Shown: piece after piece, positions 1 through 12,084 of the stretch
Layout: the number at the start of each line of letters is the position of its first letter
Position numbering within the stretch: position 1 is the first letter of the stretch
Origin: Hypanus sabinus
Taxonomy: Eukaryota
Assembly (NCBI RefSeq): GCF_030144855.1
Contig: NW_026779338.1
Span: 1-64,000, forward strand
DNA length: 64,000 nt
Direction: 5' to 3'
Translations under genes and position numbers: made by a program
The notes under the pieces: model-generated
What the model saw: only the letters and a program-made list of their open reading frames with translations
What the model was told of the DNA's origin: nothing
Databases searched by the model: none

Positions 1-3000
1 ACTTTTTCAACTCCCTCACCCTCTTCCTCTCCAACTCCATCACCCTCTTCCTCTCCAACTCCCTCACCCTTCCATCTCCACTCCCTCACCCTCTCCCTCT
101 CCACTCCCTCACCCTCTCCCTCTCCAACTCCCTCACCCTCTCCTTCTCCAACTCACTCACCGTCTCCTTTTTCAACTCCCTCACCCTCTCCCTCTCCAAC
201 TCCCTCACCCTCTCACCAACTCGTCACCCTCACCTCTCCAACTCCCTCACCCTCTCCCAATCCAATTCCCTCACCCTCTTCCTCTCCAACTTCACCCTCT
301 CCTTCTCCAACCCCATCACCCTCTCCTTCTCCAACTCCCTCACGCCACTTCCTCTCCATTCCACACCCTCTCCTTCTCCAACTCCATCACACTCTCCCTC
401 TCCAACTCCCTCACCTCTCCCTCTCCGACTCCATCACCGTCTCCTTTTCACTCCCTCACCCTCTCCCCTCTTCAACTCCATCACCCTCTTCCTCTCCAAC
501 TCCCTCACCCTCTCCATCTCCAACTCCCTCACCCTCTTCCTCTCCAACTCCATCACCCTCTTCCTCTCCAACTCCCTCACCCTCTCCCTCACCAACTCCC
601 CTCACCCTCTCCTTCTCCAACTCACTCACCGTCTCCTTTTCAACTCCCTCACCCTCTCCCTCTCCAACTCCCTCACCCTCTCCTTCTCCAACTCACCGTC
701 TCCTTTTCAACTCCCTCACCCTCTCCCTCTCCAACTCCCTCACCCACTCCTTCTCCAACTCACTCACCGTCTCCTTTTTCAACTCCCTCACCCTCTCCCT
801 CTCCAACTCCCTCACCCTCTCACCAACTCGTCACCCTCTACCTCTCCAACTCCCTCACCCTCTCCCAATCCAACTCCCTCACCCTCTTCCTCTCCAACTC
901 CCACACCCTCTCCTTCTCAACTCCCTCAACCTCTCCCTCTCCAACTCCATCACCATCTCCTTTTTCAACTCCCTCACCCTCTCCGTCTCCAACTCCCTCA
1001 CTCTCTTCCTCTCCAACTCCCTCACCCTCTGCCTCTCCAACTCCATCAACCTCTTCCTCTCCAACTCCCTCACCCTCTCCATCTCCAACTCCTTCACCCT
1101 CTCCCTCTCCAACTCCCTCTCCATCTCCAACTCCTCACCCTCTCCGTCTCCAACTCCCTTACCCTCTCCCTCTCCAACTCCCTCACCCTCTCCTTCTCCA
1201 ACTCCCTCAGCCTCTCCTTCTCCAGCTCACTCACCCTCTTCCTCTCCAACTCCCTCACCCTCTCCCTCTCCAACTCCATCAACCTCTTCCTCTCCAACTC
1301 CCTCACCTTCTCCTTCTCCAACTCCATCACCCTCTTCCTCTCCAACTCCATCACCCTCTCCTTCTCCAGTTCACTCACCTTCTTCCTCTCCAACTCCCTC
1401 ACCCTCTCCCTCTCCAACTCCCTCACACTCTCCCTCTCCCTCCATCAACCTCTTCCTCTCCAACTCCCTCACCCTCTCCTTCTCCAACTCCACCCTCTTC
1501 CTCTCCAACTCCATCACACTCTCCCTCTCCAACTCCCTCAACCTCTCCCTCTCCGACTCCATCACCGTCTCCTTTTTCAACTCCCTCACCCTCTCCCTCT
1601 TCAACTCCATCACCCTCTTCCTCTCCAACTCCCTCACCCTCTCCTTCTCCAACCCCATCACCCTCTCCTTCTCCAACTCCATCACCCTCTTCCTCTCCAA
1701 CTCCCTCACCCTCTCCCTCTCCAACTCCCTCAACCTCTCCCTCTCCGACTCCATCACCGTCTCCTTTTTCAACTCCCTCACCCTCTCCATCTCCAACTCC
1801 CTCACCCTCTTCCTCTCCAACTCCATCACCCTCTTCCTCTCCAACTCCCTCACCCTCTCCCTCTCCAACTCCCTCAACCTCTCCCTCTCCAACTCCATCA
1901 CCGTCTACTTTTTCAACTCCCTCACCCTCTTCCTCTCCAACTCCATCACCCTCTTCCTCTCCAACTCCCTCACCCTTTCCATCTCCAACTCCCTCACCCT
2001 CTCCCTCTCCAACTCCCTCACCCTCTCCCTCTCCAACTCCCTCACCCTCTCCTTCTCCAACTCACTCACCGTCTCCTTTTTCAACTCCCTCACCCTCTCC
2101 CTCTTCAACTCCATCACCCTCTTCCTCTCCAACTCCCTCACCCTCTCCATCTCCAACTCCCTCACCCTCTTCCTCTCCAACTCCATCACCCTCTTCCTCT
2201 CCAACTCCCTCACCCTCTCCCTCTCCAACTCCCTCACCCTCTCCTTCTCCAACTCACCGTCTCCTTTTTCAACTCCCTCACCCTCTCCCTCTCCAACTCC
2301 CTCACCCACTCCTTCTCCAACTCACTCACCGTCTCCTTTTTCAACTCCCTCACCCTCTCCCTCTCCAACTCCCTCACCCTCTCACCAACTCGTCACCCTC
2401 TACCTCTCCCACTCCCTCACCCTCTCCCAATCCAACTCCCTCACCCTCTCCCTCTCCAACTCCCTCAACCTCTCCCTCTCCGACTCCATCACCGTCTCCT
2501 TTTTCAACTCCCTCACCCTCTCCATCTCCAACTCCCTCACCCTCTTCCTCTCCAACTCCATCACCCTCTTCCTCTCCAACTCCCTCACCCTCTCCCTCTC
2601 CAACTCCCTCAACCTCTCCCACTCCAACTCCATCACCGTCTCCTTTTTCAACTCCCTCACCCTCTTCCTCTCCAACTCCATCACCCTCTTCCTCTCCAAC
2701 TCCCTCACCCTTTCCATCTCCAACTCCCTCACCCTCTCCCTCTCCAACTCCCTCACCCTCTCCCTCTCCAACTCCCTCACCCTCTCCTTCTCCAACTCAC
2801 TCACCGTCTCCTTTTTCAACTCCCTCACCCTCTCCCTCTCCAACTCCCTCACCCTCTCACCAACTCGTCACCCTCTACCTCTCCAACTCCCTCACCCTCT
2901 CCCAATCCAATTCCCTCACCCTCTTCCTCTCCAACTTCACCCTCTCCTTCTCCAACCCCATCACCCTCTCCTTCTCCAACTCCCTCACCCACTTCCTCTC

Positions 3001-4560
3001 CAATTCCCACACCCTCTCCTTCTCCAACTCCATCACACTCTCCCTCTCCAACTCCCTCAACCTCTCCATCTCCGACTCCATCACCGTCTCCTTTTTCAAC
3101 TCCCTCACCCTCTCCCTCTTCAACTCCATCACCCTCTTCCTCTCCAACTCCCTCACCCTCTCCATCTCCAACTCCCTCACCCTCTTCCTCTCCAACTCCA
3201 TCACCCTCTTCCTCTCCAACTCCCTCACCCTCTCCCTCACCAACTCCCTCACCCTCTCCTTCTCCAACTCACTCACCGTCTCCTTTTTCAACTCCCTCAC
3301 CCTCTCCCTCTCCAACTCCCTCACCCTCTCCTTCTCCAACTCACCGTCTCCTTTTTCAACTCCCTCACCCTCTCCCTCTCCAACTCCCTCACCCACTCCT
3401 TCTCCAACTCACTCACCGTCTCCTTTTTCAACTCCCTCACCCTCTCCCTCTCCAACTCCCTCACCCTCTCACCAACTCGTCACCCTCTACCTCTCCAACT
3501 CCCTCACCCTCTCCCAATCCAACTCCCTCACCCTCTTCCTCTCCAACTCCCACACCCTCTCCTTCTCCAACTCCCTCAACCTCTCCCTCTCCAACTCCAT
3601 CACCATCTCCTTTTTCAACTCCCTCACCCTCTCCGTCTCCAACTCCCTCACTCTCTTCCTCTCCAACTCCCTCACCCTCTGCCTCTCCAACTCCATCAAC
3701 CTCTTCCTCTCCAACTCCCTCACCCTCTCCATCTCCAACTCCTTCACCCTCTCCCTCTCCAACTCCCTCTCCATCTCCAACTCCCTCACCCTCTCCGTCT
3801 CCAACTCCCTTACCCTCTCCCTCTCCAACTCCCTCACCCTCTCCTTCTCCAACTCCCTCAGCCTCTCCTTCTCCAGCTCACTCACCCTCTTCCTCTCCAA
3901 CTCCCTCACCCTCTCCCTCTCCAACTCCATCAACCTCTTCCTCTCCAACTCCCTCACCTTCTCCTTCTCCAACTCCATCACCCTCTTCCTCTCCAACTCC
4001 ATCACCCTCTCCTTCTCCAGTTCACTCACCTTCTTCCTCTCCAACTCCCTCACCCTCTCCCTCTCCAACTCCCTCACACTCTCCCTCTCCCTCCATCAAC
4101 CTCTTCCTCTCCAACTCCCTCACCCTCTCCTTCTCCAACTCCACCCTCTTCCTCTCCAACTCCCTCACCCTCTCCTTCTCCAACTCCACCCTCTCCCGCT
4201 CCAACTCCCTCACCCTCTTCCTCTCCAATTCACTCACCCTCTCCTTCTCCAACTCCCTCACCCTCTCCCTCTCCAACTCCCTTACCCTCTCCCTCTCCGT
4301 CTCCAACTCCCTCACCCTCTCCTCCAACTCCCTCACCCTTTTCCTCTCCAACTCCCTTACAATCTCCCTCTCCATCTCCATCACCCTCTCCCTCTCCAAC
4401 TCCCTCACCCTCTCCCTCTCCAACTCCATCACCCTCTCCCTCTGCAATTCCTTCACTCCCTCTCCAACTCCCTTACCCTCTTCCTCTCCAACTCGCTCAC
4501 CCTCTCCCTCTCCAACTCCTTCACCCTCTCCCTCTCCAACTCCCTCAACCTCTCCCTCTC
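1..4560. repeat. CT-rich minisatellite, ~24-bp unit (CTCTCCAACTCCCTCACCCTCTCC and variants), runs off the left edge
   Basis: Period is directly visible. The 8-codon unit explains the RELERERV-type ORFs. The plus strand is almost G-free. Confidence 0.95.
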
Positions 4561-4663
4561 AAAAAATCGATTTCCAGGATACTGTATAGAAGTTGCGGGT
4601 ATCAGGGAGCCGCGATCAATATGCAGAAGGCTCCCGGAAGTTCCGGGAGAGGTGGGATGTCTG
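4561..4663 (-). mobile_element. Possible terminus of a non-autonomous DNA transposon (hAT/MITE-like end)
   Basis: About 100 bp of unique sequence between two arrays. The minus strand begins CAGACATCCCACCTCTCCCGGAACTTCCGGGAG and includes a perfect 9-bp inverted repeat (4631-4649). The resemblance to hAT-type ends is from memory only, and the other end is not in the window. Confidence 0.3.
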
Positions 4664-7075
4664 TTATAGGGAACGCTGGATACAGGGCCCAGTGTGTTAT
4701 AGGGACACGGGAATCAGGGCCCAGTGTGTTATCGGCACACGGGAATCAGGGCCCAGAGTGTTATAGGGACACGGGAATCAGGGCCCAGTGTGTTATAGGG
4801 AGACAGGAATCAGGGCCCAGTGTGTTATAGGGACACGGGAATCAGGGTCCAGTGTGTTATAGGGGCACGGGAATCAGGGCCCAGTGTGTTATAGGGACAC
4901 GGGAATCAGGGCCCTGTGTGTTATAGGGACACGGTAATCAGGGTCCAGTGTGTTATCGGCACACGGGAATCAGGGCCCAGAGTGTTATAGGGAGACAGGA
5001 ATCAGGGCCCAGTGTGTTATAGGGAGACAGGAATCAGGGCCCAGTGTGTTGTAGGGACACGGGAATCAGGGTCCAGTGTGTTATAGGGACACGGGAATCA
5101 GGGCCCAGTGTGTTATAGGGACACGGGAATCAGGGTCCAGTGTGTTATAGGGAGACAGGAATTAGGGCCCAGTGTGTTATAGGCACATGGGAATCAGGGT
5201 CCAGTGTGTTAAAGGCACATGGGAATCAGGGCCCAGTGTGTTATTGGGAGACGGGAATCAGGGCCCAGTGTGTTATAGGCACATGGGAATCAGGGCCCAG
5301 TGTGTAATAGGCACACGGGAATCAGGGTCCAGTGTGTTATACGCACACGGGAATCAGGGCCCAGAGTGTTATAGGGAGACAGGAATCAGGGCCCAGTGTG
5401 TTATAGGCACACGGGTATCAGGGCCCAGTGTGTTATAGGGACACGGGAATCAGGGCCCAGTGTGTTATAGGGAGACGGGAATCAGGGCCCAGTGTGTTAT
5501 AGGCCCACGGGAATCAGGGCCCAGTGTGTTATAGGGACACGGGAATCAGGGCCCAGTGTGTTATAGGGACACGGGAATCAGGGCCCAGTGTGTTATAGGG
5601 ACACGGGAATCAGGGCCCAGTGTGTTATAGGGACACAGGAATCAGGGCCCAGTGTGTTATAGGGACACGGGAATCAGGGCCCAGTGTGTTATAGGGAACG
5701 CTGGATACAGGGCCCAGTGTGTTATAGGGACACGGGAATCAGGGCCCAGTGTGTTATAGGGACACGGGAATCAGGGTCCAGTGTGTTATAGGGACACGGG
5801 AATCAGGGCCCAGTGTGTTATAGGGAACGCTGGATACAGGGCCCAGTGTGTTATAGGGACACGGGAGTCAGGGCCCAGTGTGTTATAGGGACACGGGAAT
5901 CAGGGTCCAGTGTGTTATAGGGACACGGGAATCAGGGTCCAGTGTGTTATAGGGAGACGGGAATCAGGGCCCAGTGTGTTATAGGCCCACGGGAATCAGG
6001 GCCCAGTGTGTTATAGGCCCACGGGAATCAGGGCCCAGTGTGTTATAGGGACACGGGAATCAGGGCCCAGTGTGTTATAGGGACACGGGAGTCAGGGCCC
6101 AGTGTGTTATAGGGACACGGGAATCAGGGCCCAGTGTGTTATAGGCACACGGGAATCAGGGCCCAGTGTGTTATAGGGACACGGGAATCAGGGCCCAGTG
6201 TGTTATAGGGACACGGGAATCAGGGCCCAGTGTGTTATAGGGACACGGGAATCAGGGCCCAGTGTGTTATAGGGACACGGGAATCAGGGTCCAGTGTGTT
6301 ATAGGGACACGGGAATCAGGGCCCAGAGTGTTATAGGGACACGGGAATCAGGGCCCAGTGTGTTATAGGGAGACAGGAATCAGGGCCCAGTGTGTTATAG
6401 GGACACGGGAATCAGGGTCCAGTGTGTTATAGGGGCACGGGAATCAGGGCCCAGTGTGTTATAGGGGCACGGGGATCAGGGCCCAGTGTGTTATAGGGAC
6501 ACGGGAATCAGGGCCCAGTGTGTTATAGGGACACGGGAATCAGGGTCCAGTGTGTTATAGGGAGACAGGAATTAGGGCCCAGTGTGTTATAGGCACATGG
6601 GAATCAGGGTCCAGTGTGTTATCGGCACACAGGAATCAGGGCCCAGAGTGTTATAGGGAGACAGGAATCAGGGCCCAGTGTGTTATAGGGAGACAGGAAT
6701 CAGGGCCCAGTGTGTTATAGGGACACGGGAATCAGGGTCCAGTGTGTTATAGGGACACGGGAATCAGGGCCCAGTGTGTTATAGGGACACGGGAATCAGG
6801 GTCCAGTGTGTTATAGGGAGACAGGAATTAGGGCCCAGTGTGTTATAGGCACATGGGAATCAGGGTCCAGTGTGTTATAGGCACATGGGAATCAGGGCCC
6901 AGTGTGTTATTGGGAGACGGGAATCAGGGCCCAGTGTGTTATAGGCACATGGGAATCAGGGCCCAGTGTGTAATAGGCACACGGGAATCAGGGTCCAGTG
7001 TGTTATACGCACACGGGAATCAGGGCCCAGAGTGTTATAGGGACACGGGAATCAGGGCCCAGTGTGTTATCGGGA
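4662..7075. repeat. 32-bp minisatellite A (CCCAGTGTGTTATAGGGACACGGGAATCAGGG), ~75 copies
   Basis: Period of 32 counted directly; high unit identity. Confidence 0.95.
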
Positions 7076-8190
7076 TCAAGGTAATGTGGCCCAGTGTGCA
7101 AAAGGGTTCAAGTTAATAGTGCCCAGTGTACCATAGTGATCAATGTAATGGGGCCCAGTGTACCATAGGGATCAAGGTAATGGGGCCCAGTGTACCATAG
7201 GGATCAAGGTAATGGGGCCCAGTGTACCATAGGGATCAAGGTAATGGGGCCCAGTGTACCATAGGGATCAAGGTAATGGGGCCCAGTGTACCATAGGGAT
7301 CAAGGTAATGGGGCCCAGTGTACCATAGGGATCAAGGTAATGTGGCCCAGTGTACCATAGGGATCAAGGTAATGGGGCCCACTGTACCATAGGGATCAAG
7401 GTAATGGGGCCCAGTGTACCATAGGGATCAAGGTAATGGGGCCCAGTGTACCATAGGGATCAAGGTAATGGGGCCCAGTGTACCAGAGGGATCAAGGTAA
7501 TGGGGCCCAGTGTACCATTGTGATTAAAGAAATGGGACCAGTGTGTGATAGGGATCAAGGTAATGGGGTCCAGTGTGTTATCAGGATCAAGGTAATGGGG
7601 TCCAGTGTGTTATCAGGATTAAGGTAATGGGGCCCAGTGTGTTATCAGGATCAAGGTAATGGGGTCCAGTTTGTTACCAAGATCAAGGTATGGGGCCCAG
7701 TGTGTTGTCGGTACCATTGTAATGAGCCCCAGTGTGTTATAGGGATGAAGGTCGTTGGGCCAGTGTGCTTTCGTGATCAAGGTAATAGGGCCCAGTGTGA
7801 TATCGGAATCAATGTAATGGGGCCTGGTTTTTATTGGGATCAGAGTAATGGGGCCCATTGTGTTATTAGGATCAAGGTAATGGGGTCCTTAGTGTTATTG
7901 GGATCAAGGTAATGGGGCCCAGTGCGTTATTGGGATCGAGGTAATGGGGAATTTTGTGGTATCAAGATCAAGATAATAGGGCCTACATGTTATCGGTAGC
8001 AAGGTTATGGGTCCAGTGTGTTTCTGAAATCAAGGCAATGGGGTCGACTGTGTTATTGGGATGAAGGTAATGGGGCCGTGTTTTATAGGGATTAAGGTAA
8101 TGTGGCCCAATGTGTTATCGGGCTGGAAGTAATTGGACCAGTGTGTTCTCAGGATCAAGGTAATGTGGCCAGTCTTTCATTGCATCAAGA
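7076..8190. repeat. 32-bp minisatellite B (CCCAGTGTACCATAGGGATCAAGGTAATGGGG), homogeneous to ~7500 then degenerate
   Basis: Same period and GGCCCAGTGT core as array A; divergence increases rightwards. Confidence 0.9.
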
Positions 8191-8417
8191 TACTAGGACC
8201 CAGTGTGTTATATTGAACATGGGTACAATGTCCCAGTGCTTTATAAGGATCAAGAGCCGTTGGCCCCAGTGTGTTATATTGAACATGGGTACAATGTCCC
8301 AGTGCTTTATAAGGATCAAGAGCCGTTGGCCCCAGTGTGTTATATTGAACATGGGTACAATGACCCAGTGTGTTATAAGGATCATAGGAGCTTCGTTCGC
8401 ACTCTTTGTGAGGGAGC
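8177..8417 (-). CDS. Candidate terminal cytoplasmic exon with six YxxL motifs
   Basis: CAG|G acceptor (AG at 8419-8418) is phase 2, matching the TM exon donor. It reads (R)LPHKECERSSYDPYNTLGHCTHVQYNTLGPTALDPYKALGHCTHVQYNTLGPTALDPYKALGHCTHVQYNTLGPSILMQ*. The polypyrimidine tract is weak, two competing AGs lie upstream, and the sequence is repeat-derived. Confidence 0.3.
8198..8385. repeat. 66-bp dimeric repeat (33+33 bp), just under 3 copies
   Basis: Units CCCAGTGTGTTATATTGAACATGGGTACAATGT and CCCAGTGCTTTATAAGGATCAAGAGCCGTTGGC are each 33 bp. Confidence 0.9.
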
Positions 8418-8745
8418 CTGGGGACTATAGTGCCATGCTGTAGGAGTGTGAGGTGTGTTGAATGTCAGAGTATTTAACAGATATTGAAGGGTATCTCAGG
8501 TGGGATCAATTATATGCTCCAGGGGGATGTTTAGTAATGGGTGGAGTAGTGCTGTGTGCAGATGGTGAGAGGCTATCAGAAGAGGAATTCCAGATCTCTA
8601 GACCTAGACTGAAGGCATTGCCTCCAATGGCAGAACAGTAATATTCAGGTGATTGCTCAGAAGCTGGGATTGAGGAGAAAAGAGGGTCTTGGTACTGGAG
8701 ATCTGGTAAATGGGGATATTTACTGTCTTCCGAACTAACACTCAC

Positions 8746-8863
8746 CTGTTAGTTTTACGTCGGGACTGAAGAACGAACCAAGTCAGCGTCACCAAGATGA
8801 ACAGGGATACAACTACTCCTGCCGCGGCCAGTGAGACAACCAGTGTTTCCACTGTTGGAGGAG
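8746..8863 (-). CDS. Transmembrane exon of Siglec-like receptor: (S)PPTVETLVVSLAAAGVVVSLFILVTLTWFVLQSRRKTN
   Basis: Acceptor tgttctctcattcttAG and donor AG|GTGAGT; 118 bp, phase 1 to phase 2. A ~25-residue hydrophobic stretch is followed by the basic stop-transfer motif RRK, in frame with the C2 exon. Absent from the ORF track. Confidence 0.85.
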
Positions 8864-9003
8864 CTAAGAATGAGAGAACAATTACTTATGGCAATTCCCT
8901 TGTGGGCTCAATGTGAGGGAATTCTCAACTATGTGACGGCCAGTGCCAAGGAAGTGCTGCAGTGGGACGAGCGGTGCAGAGACGACTGCATGATGTAAGG
9001 CGG

Positions 9004-10330
9004 CAGCACTGGGGCAGTTCTACACAGTGAGAGCTGCAGTACCAGTGGGGTACAGCACTGTAGCACTGGGGCAGTTCTGCACAGTGAGAGTATCAGTACC
9101 AGTGGGGTACAGCACTGTAGAACTGGGGCAGCTCTGCACAGTGAGAGTATCAGTACCAGTAGGGTACAGCACTGTAGCACTGGGGCAGTTCTACACAGTG
9201 AGAGTATCAGTACCAGTGGGGTACAGCACTGTAGCACTGGGGCAGCTCTACACAGTGAGAGTATCAGTACCAGTGGGGTACAGTACTGTAGCACTGGGGC
9301 AGCTCTACACAGTGAGAGTATCAGTACCAGTGGGGTACAGTACTGTAGCACTGGGGCAGTTCTGCACAGTGAGAGTGGCAGTACCAGTGGGGTACAGCAC
9401 TGTAGCACTGGGGCAGCTCTGCACAGTGAGAGCAGCAGTACCAGTAGGGTACAGCACTGTAGAACTGGGGCAGTTCTACACAGTGAGAGTATCAGTACCA
9501 GTGGGGTACAGCACTGTAGCACTGGGGCAGCTCTGCACAGTGAGAATATCAGTACCAGTGGGGTACAGCACTGTAGCACTGGGGCAGCTCTACACAGTGA
9601 GAGTGGCAGTACCAGTGGGGTACAGTACTGTAGCACTGGGGCAGTTCTGCACAGTGAGAGCAGCAGTACCAGTGGGGTACAGCATTGTAGAACTGGGGCA
9701 GCTCTGCACAGTGAGAGTATCAGTACCAGTAGGGTACAGCACTGTAGCACTGGGGCAGTTCTACACAGTGAGAGTATCAGTACCAGTGGGGTACAGCACT
9801 GTAGCACTGGGGCAGCTCTGCACAGTGAGAATATCAGTACCAGTGGGGTACAGCACTGTAGCACTGGGGCAGCTCTGCACAGTGAGAATATCAGTACCAG
9901 TGGGGTACAGCACTGTAGCACTGGGGCAGCTCTGCACAGTGAGAATATCAGTACCAGTGGGGTACAGCACTGTAGCACTGGGGCAGCTCTACACAGTGAG
10001 AGTGGCAGTACCAGTGGGCTACAGTACTGTAGCACTGGGGCAGTTCTGCACACTGAGAGCAGCAGTACCAGTAGGGTACAGCATTGTAGAACTGGGGCAG
10101 CTCTGCACAGTGAGAGTATCAGTACCAGTAGGGTACAGCACTGTAGCACTGGGGCAGTTCTACACAGTGAGAGCAGCTCTGCACAGTGAGAGCTGCAGTA
10201 CCAGTGGGGTACAGCACTGTAGTACAGGGGCAGCTCTGCACAGTGAGAGCTGTGGTACCAGTGGGGTACAACACTGTAGCACTGGGGCAGCTCTGCACAG
10301 TGAGATCGGCAGTGCCTGTAGAGTACAACA
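9004..10330. repeat. 57-bp minisatellite, left array (CACTGGGGCAGTTCTGCACAGTGAGAGTATCAGTACCAGTGGGGTACAGCACTGTAG), ~23 copies
   Basis: 19-codon periodicity in the ORFs on both strands. Confidence 0.95.
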
Positions 10331-10339
10331 GGTAGTATA

Positions 10340-10860
10340 AAACCATATTTCAATTACTGCACAGAAACAGGCCATCTCAGCCCTTCTAGTCTGTGTCGAA
10401 CGCTTATTCTCACCTAGTCCCATCGACCCGCACTCAGCTCATATCCCTCCATTCCTTTCCTGTCCATATACCTATCCAATTTTACTTTAAATGACAATAC
10501 CGAACCTGCCTCTACCACTTCTACTGAAAGCTCATTCCACACAGCTACCACTCTCTGAGTAAAGAAATACCCTCTTGTGTTACCCCTAAACTTTTGCCGC
10601 CTAACTCTCAAATCATGTTGCCTTGTTTGAATCTCTCCTACTCTCTATGGAAGAAACCTATCCACTCCAACTCTATCTATCCCCCTCATAATTTGAAATA
10701 CCTCTATCAAGTCCCCCCTCAACATTCTGCACTCCAAAGAATAAAGACCTAACTTGTTCAAACTTTCCCTGTAACTTAGAAGCTGAAACCCAGGTAACAT
10801 TCTAGTAAATCTTCTCTGTTCTGTCTCTATTTTGTTAACATCTTTCCCATAATTCAGTTT
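10340..10860 (-). mobile_element. CR1 LINE 3' fragment (ORF2 C-terminus and 3' UTR), degenerate
   Basis: KFRGNTRGYFFTQRVVAVWNEL...FKVKLDRYM is typical of the CR1 ORF2 C-terminus. Confidence 0.85.
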
Positions 10861-12070
10861 ACATCTGAACTGGGAAGGGGGGGGACAAATACTCTTGCAG
10901 GTAGGTTTGCTAGAGAGGCTCCAGTGGATTTAAACAAGATACAAGGAGAAAGGGAAGCAGAGTGTAGGAACAGATGTATGGGAGAAGGAAGAAAAAGAAG
11001 ACAGTAATGTTGTTTGCAGCGTTACGGATAAACAGAGAGGAAGAGGTGACGAATTTCTTAAATGCATTTATTTTATTGCTAGGAGCATTGTAAGAAAGGT
11101 GGATGAGCTTAGAGCATGGATTGATACCTGGAAATATGGTGTTGTAGCTATTAGTGAAACATGGTTGCAGGAGGGGTGTGATTGGCAACCTACTATTCCT
11201 GGACTTCATTGCTTCAGGTGTGATAGAATCGGAGGGACAAGAGGGGGAGGTGTTGCGTTGCTTGTCAGAGAAAATATTACAGCGGTGCTCTGGCAGGATA
11301 GATTAGAGGGCTCATCTAGGAAGGAAATTTGGGTGGAATTGAGGAATGGGAAAGGCGTAGTAACACATATAGGGGTATATTATAGACCAACTAATGGGGA
11401 GTGAGAATTGGAGGAGCAAATTTCTAAGGAGAAAGCAGATATCTGTAGTCAGCAGAAGGTTGTGATTGTGGGAGATTGTAATTTTTTCCATTCTGTAAAA
11501 GGGCTGGATGGTTTAGAGTTTGTAAAATGTGTGCAGGATTGTCTTTTGCAGTACCAACTAGAGAAGGGGCAGTGTTGGATCTCCTGTTAGGGAATGCGAT
11601 AGGTCAGGTGACAGAGGTATGTGTTGGGGAGCACTTCGGGTCCAGTGATCACAATGCCATTAGTTTCAATATAAATACAGAGAAGGGTAGGACTGGACTA
11701 AGGGTTCAGATTTTTGATTGGAGAAAGGCTAACTTTGAGGAGATGCGAAAGGATTTAGAAGGAGTGGATTGGGACAATTTGTTTTATGGGAAGGATGTAA
11801 TAGAGAAATGAAGGTCATTTAAAGGTGAAATTTTGAGGGTACAGAATCTTCATGTTCCTGTTAGGTTGAAAGGAAAGGTTAAAAGTTTGAGAGAGCCATG
11901 GTTTTCAAGGGATATTGGAAACCTGGTTCAGAAAAAGAGAGAGATCTACGACAAATATAGGCAGCATGGAGTAAATGAGATGCTCGATGTAAAATGTAAA
12001 AAGAATCTTTAGAAAGAAATTAGAAAAGTTAAAATAAGATATGAGGTTGCTTTGGCAAGTAAGATGAAAA
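10861..12070 (+). mobile_element. CR1 LINE fragment (end of ORF1 plus APE endonuclease of ORF2), frameshifted
   Basis: Motifs VAISETWL, GGGVALLVRE, GVYYRP, IVGDCNF and GSSDHNAI, spread across several frames. Confidence 0.9.
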
Positions 12071-12084
12071 GTGGTACGAATAGA

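Noticed and set aside
879-4456. RELERERV coiled-coil-like and GEGEG ORFs
   Set aside because: Products of a 24-bp repeat, broken by frequent frameshifts, with no unique coding flanks.
4453-4660. Alternative cytoplasmic exon from the AG at 4662-4661 (phase 2, open into ERERLRELE repeats)
   Set aside because: Poor polypyrimidine tract, probable transposon and repeat origin, and no signalling motif.
8506-8745. ORF containing the ITIM-like SKYPHL
   Set aside because: It starts at the GT of the splice donor and is out of frame with the TM exon, where read-through stops at once.
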